A DNA stretch of 40,547 nt from Thermodesulfovibrionia bacterium (GTDB lineage: Bacteria; Nitrospirota; Thermodesulfovibrionia; UBA6902; BMS3Bbin08): positions 1 through 40,547 of the forward strand of contig JAZFSN010000051.1 of the NCBI GenBank assembly GCA_036446195.1, in the 5' to 3' direction. Below the pieces are notes generated by a model. It ran no database searches. It had not been told where the DNA came from and saw only the letters and a program-made list of their open reading frames with translations. The position numbers and the translations under genes were made by a program. Below, one piece after another: positions 35,060 to 40,547 of this stretch. Numbering within the stretch: position 1 is the first letter of the stretch; each line of letters begins with the position of its first letter.

Positions 35060-37034
35060 AAAATTAAAGAGCTTGCTCAGACATACAGATGCAGAAGTAA
35101 GGATACAGGCTTTAAAAGACGTAAAAAAGCACGGTAAAAATCTATCCAATGTTATTTCCGTTCTTATAAAGGGACTTGGAGACAAAGAATGGCGGATCAG
35201 AAAAACAGCTGTTGAGATGCTAATTGATATTAGAGGAAAGAAGGTTATAAAGGAATTAATTAATACCTTATATCTTGAGGACGACGCTAATGCAAGAAAT
35301 TCAGCAATTGAGGCCCTTATAGCATTAGGCTCTGAGGCTACCGAGCCTCTTATTAATGCATTTAAGGGTTCCAACGATGATGTAAAAAAATTCATCATTG
35401 ATATCCTTGGTACCTCAGAAAATTTAAAGGTACTTCCCTTGTTGATGAAGGCACTTGAGTACAAGGATGAAAATATAAGGACCGCGGCTGTGGAACACCT
35501 TGGTAATATACGGGGGAATGTCGCTGTTATTAACGCATTAACAGGAGTTTTAAGGGATGAAAGTGTCTGGGTAGCCTATTCTGCTGCTGTAGCCCTGGGC
35601 AGAATAGGCGATGCAAAGGCAGTCTCTGCACTTGTTTCAGTTTTACCGCAGAAGACTTTAAGAGAGCCTGTAATAAGGGCGCTTGGCCAGATTGCTGATG
35701 CCGGTTCGCTTTCTTCAATTGTGCCTTTCCTTCAGGATAAATCAAAAACTATAAGAGAAGAAACGCTAAGTGCTATAGAACAATTTTTTCGAAAAGGGGT
35801 ACCAAATGGAATAATAGTAAAGAGCTTAAAGAGCGTTCTTGGCAGTAAAGCTCCAAATTTTCTCTTGCCATATACCCGGAGCAATAAAAAAAGAGTAAAG
35901 GTTGCTGCAGTACTATTGCTTGGACTTCTCAAAGATAAAAAGTCTATTGGCCCTCTTTTTGAGATGTCATTGGAAGAAGACCTCCATGAAATAGTCGTAA
36001 AGGCGTTGGTCTTTATCGGAAAGTCAATGCCAGAGTTGCTTATACCATTTTTTAATGTAAATGATTCCTATAAAAGAAGGGTTTTATGTGATGTAGCTGG
36101 TAAAATGGGAGCTGGCGATTTTTTTGAGTATCTTGTTGACCGACTTAAGGATGAAGACGGTCATGTTAGGGGAAATGCTGCTATTGCACTTTCAAAATTG
36201 AATGACCCGAGAGCAATAAAATATATCAAACCGCTCCTTCTTGACGAATATGAAAATATTCAGGAAGAAGCAATAAAATCCCTTTCGAAATTTAAAAAAC
36301 GGATCAATTTAAGCGAAATAATAAAGTGGCTTTCCGATAAGAATCCTGTGTTAAAAAAAAATTCAGCATTGCTTCTTGGGCTTCTTAAGGAACAGGGTTC
36401 GGTTAAAGCCCTCGGAGTCGCTTTAAAAGACAGTAATATTTCAGTCAGGAAAGCTGTAGTTGAGGCGCTTGGGGATATTGAGGGGAAAAGTGTCTTAAAA
36501 TTTTTACTTCAGGCACTAATGGACGAATCTCCTGAAATACGCCTTATTGCCGCTATTGCAATTGGCAGAATGTGTTCTGAAGAATCGATAGAACATCTGA
36601 TGATTCTCCTCTGTGATTCAGATATAAGGGTCAGGGCCGCAGCGGCAAAAGGTCTTGGCAATACAGGCAACAAAAAAGCAATTGATCCATTAATACGATT
36701 ACTATCTGACGACTCGGGTTTCGTAAGGGTAGTTGCTATAGAGGCACTTGGCAATTTTAAGGTAGAAAAAGTTAAAAATATCCTGATAGAGCTTCTCAAT
36801 GAAAAAGATGCCGAGATAAAAAGTACAGCAGTGGGATCATTGGCAGTATTTGATGGAGTTGCACAGGACATAATTCCGCTTTTAAAGGATAAACAATGGT
36901 CTGTCAGAAAAAAAGCTGTCGATGTCCTGGGTGTTTTTTTTAAGGATGAAAGCTATGCATATCTAAAGGAAGTTGCAAATACAGATGAAGATTCCCATGT
37001 AAGAGATACTGCTGAGAGGTATCTTAGTGTTTGA
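35028..37034 (+). CDS. HEAT-repeat (PBS-lyase HEAT-like) protein, 668 aa
   Basis: At least 11 repeats of the form VRxxAxxALGxIGDxxAxxxLxxLL (for example VRAAAAKGLGNTGNKKAIDPLIRLL); start may be slightly later. Confidence 0.88.
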   Translation: MTKKRKTKLTEKLKSLLRHTDAEVRIQALKDVKKHGKNLSNVISVLIKGLGDKEWRIRKTAVEMLIDIRGKKVIKELINTLYLEDDANARNSAIEALIALGSEATEPLINAFKGSNDDVKKFIIDILGTSENLKVLPLLMKALEYKDENIRTAAVEHLGNIRGNVAVINALTGVLRDESVWVAYSAAVALGRIGDAKAVSALVSVLPQKTLREPVIRALGQIADAGSLSSIVPFLQDKSKTIREETLSAIEQFFRKGVPNGIIVKSLKSVLGSKAPNFLLPYTRSNKKRVKVAAVLLLGLLKDKKSIGPLFEMSLEEDLHEIVVKALVFIGKSMPELLIPFFNVNDSYKRRVLCDVAGKMGAGDFFEYLVDRLKDEDGHVRGNAAIALSKLNDPRAIKYIKPLLLDEYENIQEEAIKSLSKFKKRINLSEIIKWLSDKNPVLKKNSALLLGLLKEQGSVKALGVALKDSNISVRKAVVEALGDIEGKSVLKFLLQALMDESPEIRLIAAIAIGRMCSEESIEHLMILLCDSDIRVRAAAAKGLGNTGNKKAIDPLIRLLSDDSGFVRVVAIEALGNFKVEKVKNILIELLNEKDAEIKSTAVGSLAVFDGVAQDIIPLLKDKQWSVRKKAVDVLGVFFKDESYAYLKEVANTDEDSHVRDTAERYLSV

Positions 37035-37911
37035 GGAAGAGAATATACTCCTTCCAACAGATATTTTCCGTCTGATAAGGGATTTCATAAGGAATTACTG
37101 CGGTATATATTTTGATGACAAATCGAAATATATACTTGAGCGCAGACTTAACAGACGTCTTAAGATCAATCATCTGAAAGACTTCAGAGAATATTATCGT
37201 CTTCTTATGTATGATAAAAACCGTGATAAGGAACTGAGGGAAATAATTGATGTCTTGACTGTAAATGAAACTTATTTTTTCAGGGAGCGCAATCAACTTA
37301 CCGCTTTTACTGAGGAGATTATTCCAGAGCTTAAAAAGAAGAAAAAAGATAAAAAAAAGATAAACATCTGGTCTGCAGGATGCTCTACAGGGGAGGAACC
37401 GTATTCCATTTCTATATTAATGCTCGAAAAAGGAGGTTTTAGTGATTGGGATGTCAATATACTGGGCAGCGATATAAGCCAAAGGGTCCTGCGGGTTGCC
37501 AGGGAAGGCATTTATAAAAAAAATTCTTTCAGGGCCACTGACCCGTATTTCATTAAAAGCTATTTTCAGGAACAGCAAAACGGCGACCAAAGGATTTTGG
37601 ATAAAGTCAAAAAGCTCGTAAATTTTAACTGTTTGAATCTACTTGATTCCTTAAGGGTTAGACTTATTGGAAAAATGGATGTAATTTTTTGCCGGAATGT
37701 TTTAATATATTTTGATAAGGATACAAGAAAGAAAGTTATTGAGAATTTCTTTAATTTACTCAGAGAGGGCGGTTATCTCTTGCTTGGCCATACAGAATCA
37801 CTTATAAGTATAAGTACTGACTTTGAACTTAAACATTTAAAAAATGACATGGTTTATCAAAAACCGGAAAAATCGCAGGATAATTTGATGTCGGAAAAGG
37901 TGGATATATAG
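37027..37911 (+). CDS. cheR: Chemotaxis protein methyltransferase CheR
   Basis: FIRNYCGIYFDDKSKYILERRL, NETYFFRE, SAM motif IWSAGCSTGEEPYSI, IFCRNVLIYFD; GTG start overlapping HEAT gene end. Confidence 0.93.
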   Translation: MFEEENILLPTDIFRLIRDFIRNYCGIYFDDKSKYILERRLNRRLKINHLKDFREYYRLLMYDKNRDKELREIIDVLTVNETYFFRERNQLTAFTEEIIPELKKKKKDKKKINIWSAGCSTGEEPYSISILMLEKGGFSDWDVNILGSDISQRVLRVAREGIYKKNSFRATDPYFIKSYFQEQQNGDQRILDKVKKLVNFNCLNLLDSLRVRLIGKMDVIFCRNVLIYFDKDTRKKVIENFFNLLREGGYLLLGHTESLISISTDFELKHLKNDMVYQKPEKSQDNLMSEKVDI

Positions 37912-37913
37912 TA

Positions 37914-38975
37914 ATGCGGGATAGTAAGTCACGCCACATTAAGATTCTGATAGTTGATGACTCTGCCTTCAGCCGTCAAACAATAAAGAGGATTCTGGAG
38001 AAGATACCTGGAGCTGAGGTGGTAGGTGTGGCTACTGATGGCCATGATGGCATGAATAAGATCTTGAAGCTTAATCCGGATGTAATTACGCTTGATCTTG
38101 AGATGCCCGAAATGGATGGTTTCGCCCTTCTTCGGTGGATAATGAAAGAAAGACCATTGCCGGTAATAGTGGTAAGTTCTTATGGTGATAAGCCCACGGT
38201 ATTTAAAGCTTTAGAATTAGGTGCAGTGGATTTTGTTGTAAAACCGACAATGAAGGCATCATCAGAACTTGAGAATATAGAAAGTGATCTGATGAGCAAG
38301 GTTTTAGAAATTTCCACTCTTGATATTAAAAAAGTCAAAAGAAATGTATCTCTTTTGGAAGACAAGAAAGTTGTAGATGATACTTCTTTGTTAAATGAGA
38401 ACAAGATTGATGTGGTTGCCATAGGTTCCTCCACCGGTGGACCTACAGCAGTCCAGAATATATTAACTCGGCTTCCAGCCACTTTTTCCGGAGGGATAGT
38501 TATAAGTCAGCATATGCCGCCGAAGTATACCCGGCAGTTTGCTAACAGGATTAGTAGTATCTGTTTACTAAGCGTCAAAGAAGCTGAAAATGGTGAACTG
38601 GTTGAGAAAGGCAAGGCACTTGTTTGTCCCGGAGGTCATCACCTGGTTTTTAAGAAATCGAAAAAAGATGTTTTTGTGGTTTTAAAGGATTCTTCTTCCA
38701 ATGACAGGTATATACCCTCTGTAGATATTATGATGACGAGTGTTGCAGAAATTTACGGGAAAAGATCAATGGGTATAATTCTTACTGGAATGGGAAATGA
38801 TGGAAAGCAGGGAATGCTTGAAATCAGAAAAAGAGGGGGGGTTACCATAGCTGAGTCCGAAGAATCCTCTGTTATTTTTGGAATGCCCCGGGAAGTTATT
38901 TTGTCTTGCGGAGTTGATAGTGTGCTTTCTCTGGAAAAGATTCCAGCTGAAATTATGAAAAGAATGAAAACGTAG
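37914..38975 (+). CDS. cheB: Protein-glutamate methylesterase/glutaminase CheB (REC + esterase)
   Basis: ILIVDDSAFSR, ITLDLEMPEMDG; esterase IGSSTGGP, QHMP, TGMGNDG, FGMP. Confidence 0.94.
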   Translation: MRDSKSRHIKILIVDDSAFSRQTIKRILEKIPGAEVVGVATDGHDGMNKILKLNPDVITLDLEMPEMDGFALLRWIMKERPLPVIVVSSYGDKPTVFKALELGAVDFVVKPTMKASSELENIESDLMSKVLEISTLDIKKVKRNVSLLEDKKVVDDTSLLNENKIDVVAIGSSTGGPTAVQNILTRLPATFSGGIVISQHMPPKYTRQFANRISSICLLSVKEAENGELVEKGKALVCPGGHHLVFKKSKKDVFVVLKDSSSNDRYIPSVDIMMTSVAEIYGKRSMGIILTGMGNDGKQGMLEIRKRGGVTIAESEESSVIFGMPREVILSCGVDSVLSLEKIPAEIMKRMKT

Positions 38976-39024
38976 AATTAACATTGAGAAAAGGCAACAA
39001 TTTTCAGCAAATTTTAAAAGAAGA

Positions 39025-40134
39025 TCAACAGTGTAAACACAAGGTTTCACGTCTTTGCGTGTCATTTTTATAACCCAACTGTCCACACGCTGCAGAGATA
39101 TCATCTCCCCTGCTTTTTCTTATTATGACTGTCATACCTGAATTGAGTAAAATCTTTTGAAATACAGATATAGTATCTTCTGAAGGGTTTCTAAATTCAG
39201 CTTTTTTTGAGCACGGGTTATATTGTATCAAATTTACCTTTGACTTTATTCCTTTTAATAATTTTACAAGTCTCAATGCATCATTTTTTGAATCGTTTAC
39301 CCCATCTATCAGTACATATTCAAAGGTTATTTTTCTTCCCGGTGCAAGGGGGAATTCCCTGCAGGTTTTTATTAGTTTTTTTATAGGATACTTTCTGTTA
39401 ATTGGCATGATTTTATTCCTTACTGTGTCTGTTGTTGCGTTAAGAGATACGGCCAGGCTTATTTGCGGTCCCTTATCTGCGAGTTCAAAAATCTTAGGTA
39501 TAATTCCCACGGTTGAAAGGGTTATTCTTTTTTTAGAAAAGCCGATAAAATTTATTATCCTCCAGAGGGCTTCGATAACCTCGGTAAAATTAAGCAGGGG
39601 CTCGCCCATACCCATAAAGACAATGTTGGTAATTGCATAATCCCCCCTTCCCCCCTTTAATACAGGGGGGCGAGGGGGGATTATTTGCCTTTGGTCGATA
39701 AGCCTTTGCACTGTTATAATCTGGTCAACGATTTCGTGGGCTTTCATGTTTCGCTTTAATCCCAAGCTGCCTGTCATACAGAATTTACACCCGGCAGCAC
39801 ACCCGACCTGGGAGGAAATGCATAATGTAAGGCGATTTTTATCTGGTATTAAAACGCTTTCTATTGTTTCACCGTCTTCAAGTGCCAAAAGAAATTTTTG
39901 TGTACCATCTTTTGAAATCTGTTTTCTTATGAGTTTCATATTACTTATAAAAGCAGTTTTCTCAAGCAATTCTCTGAAAGATTTTGACATATCTGTCATC
40001 TCATCAAAAGAAGTTGCATGCTTCTTATATATCCAATTATTAAGCTGTCTTGCCCTGTAAGGACTCTGCCCGAGGGTCGCTATGAATTCTGTTAATTCTT
40101 TTGCTGATAAGGCCTTGAGATTAATTTTCATCAT
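39025..40134 (-). CDS. rlmN: 23S rRNA/tRNA adenine-C2 methyltransferase RlmN (radical SAM)
   Basis: YRARQLNNWIY, CISSQVGCAAGCKFCMTG, NIVFMGMGEPL, ACGQL; start taken at MMKINLK (ORF track extends to 40248). Confidence 0.93.
   Translation of the reverse strand: MMKINLKALSAKELTEFIATLGQSPYRARQLNNWIYKKHATSFDEMTDMSKSFRELLEKTAFISNMKLIRKQISKDGTQKFLLALEDGETIESVLIPDKNRLTLCISSQVGCAAGCKFCMTGSLGLKRNMKAHEIVDQIITVQRLIDQRQIIPPRPPVLKGGRGDYAITNIVFMGMGEPLLNFTEVIEALWRIINFIGFSKKRITLSTVGIIPKIFELADKGPQISLAVSLNATTDTVRNKIMPINRKYPIKKLIKTCREFPLAPGRKITFEYVLIDGVNDSKNDALRLVKLLKGIKSKVNLIQYNPCSKKAEFRNPSEDTISVFQKILLNSGMTVIIRKSRGDDISAACGQLGYKNDTQRRETLCLHC
39639..39682. repeat. GC-rich near-palindrome inside the rlmN coding sequence
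   Basis: AATCCCCCCTTCCCCCC-TTTAATACA-GGGGGGCGAGGGGGGATT; encodes IPPRPPVLKGGRGD in frame on the minus strand. Confidence 0.8.
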
Positions 40135-40447
40135 TCTTATTTTACATGATTTTTTGGTTACCCCGTTAGAATACTCCGCGTAAGCTTGCCCGTTATAAGG
40201 GCGAAGGTCTTCTAACGGGGTAAACTTGATACGTTCGGCGGCACGCAAATCCTACCCTTTAGGGTATGGAAAATACAGGTGCCGCTCAGTATCAACCCTG
40301 AGCAAACCCTGACTGCTTGCCCTGAGCGAAATCGAAGGGTTAAGTCGGGGGCAGTCGAATGGGTTGATTATTAGTTTACTGTCTATTATCCTAATAAAAT
40401 ATATATTTTATTTTAAATACGAGTAGTATCCGGTAAAATCAAAGTTT

Positions 40448-40515
40448 GCCGGCGTGGTGGAATGGCAGACCTGCCTGCCGGCAGGCAGGCGCAAGGAACT
40501 CAAATCTGTTACAAT
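40448..40515 (+). pseudogene. tRNA-Leu-like 5' fragment interrupted by the 20-bp GC palindrome
   Basis: GCCGGCGTGGTGGAATGGCAGAC resembles the class II tRNA acceptor/D arm; after the palindrome (40470-40489), GCGCAAGGAACTCAAATC resembles a Leu(CAA) anticodon region; no T arm follows. Confidence 0.4.
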
Positions 40516-40547
40516 TATTAATCACTAAATTGAATGAGTTTTACAAA

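Noticed and set aside
40135-40248. N-terminal extension of rlmN in the ORF track (also 6035-6073 for rplE, 7387-7407 for rplF, 15001-15030 for rplQ, 23714-23779 for trpE)
   Set aside because: The conserved protein N-termini begin at internal Met/TTG codons with better RBS context. The extensions overlap upstream genes or repeats.

Overview
AT-rich bacterial chromosomal window in five blocks. (1) 1-15513 (+): the 3' end of tuf, then a complete S10-spc-alpha ribosomal supercluster (rpsJ to rplQ, including secY, map, infA, rpmJ, rpoA; no adk). (2) 15540-23713 (-): accA, dnaE, trpD, trpG, trpE. (3) 23934-28147: a small accessory islet around tRNA-Val(GAC) and tRNA-Cys(GCA). It carries a two-gene module (small DUF5678-like protein plus a retropepsin-like aspartic protease ending in a SEC-C zinc motif), a Y1/HUH (RayT/IS200-like) transposase-like gene fused to a DnaA-C-like HTH and bounded by 25-bp inverted repeats, a TumE/TumA-like toxin-antitoxin pair, and an Isf-type iron-sulfur flavoprotein. 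(4) 28396-38975 (+): a tightly coupled 10-gene chemosensory operon, cheY-cheA-[ExeA/GspA-like AAA ATPase]-cheW-[small TM protein]-mcp-cheW-[668-aa HEAT-repeat protein]-cheR-cheB, with no flagellar genes. It looks like an alternative-cellular-function Che pathway. (5) 39025-40134 (-): rlmN, followed by a tRNA-Leu-like 5' fragment. A dense set of short palindromic repeat families runs through the whole window: the CTGATTTCACAGATT/GATTACACAGAT hairpins, a 20-bp perfect GC palindrome CCTGCCTGCCGGCAGGCAGG present three times, a GGAGCGACTCTTCG...GACTCGCTTCGAGAATC family, and heptamer-periodic hairpins. These repeats inflate spacers inside normally compact operons and appear to have entered coding sequence in frame (rplC tail, rlmN loop, possibly dnaE). 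No CRISPR array, rRNA, integrase or prophage was seen. The best candidates for something undescribed are the DUF5678-like/retropepsin-SEC-C module and the ATPase- and HEAT-containing Che operon. All family assignments come from reading motifs by eye and need HMM/BLAST confirmation.
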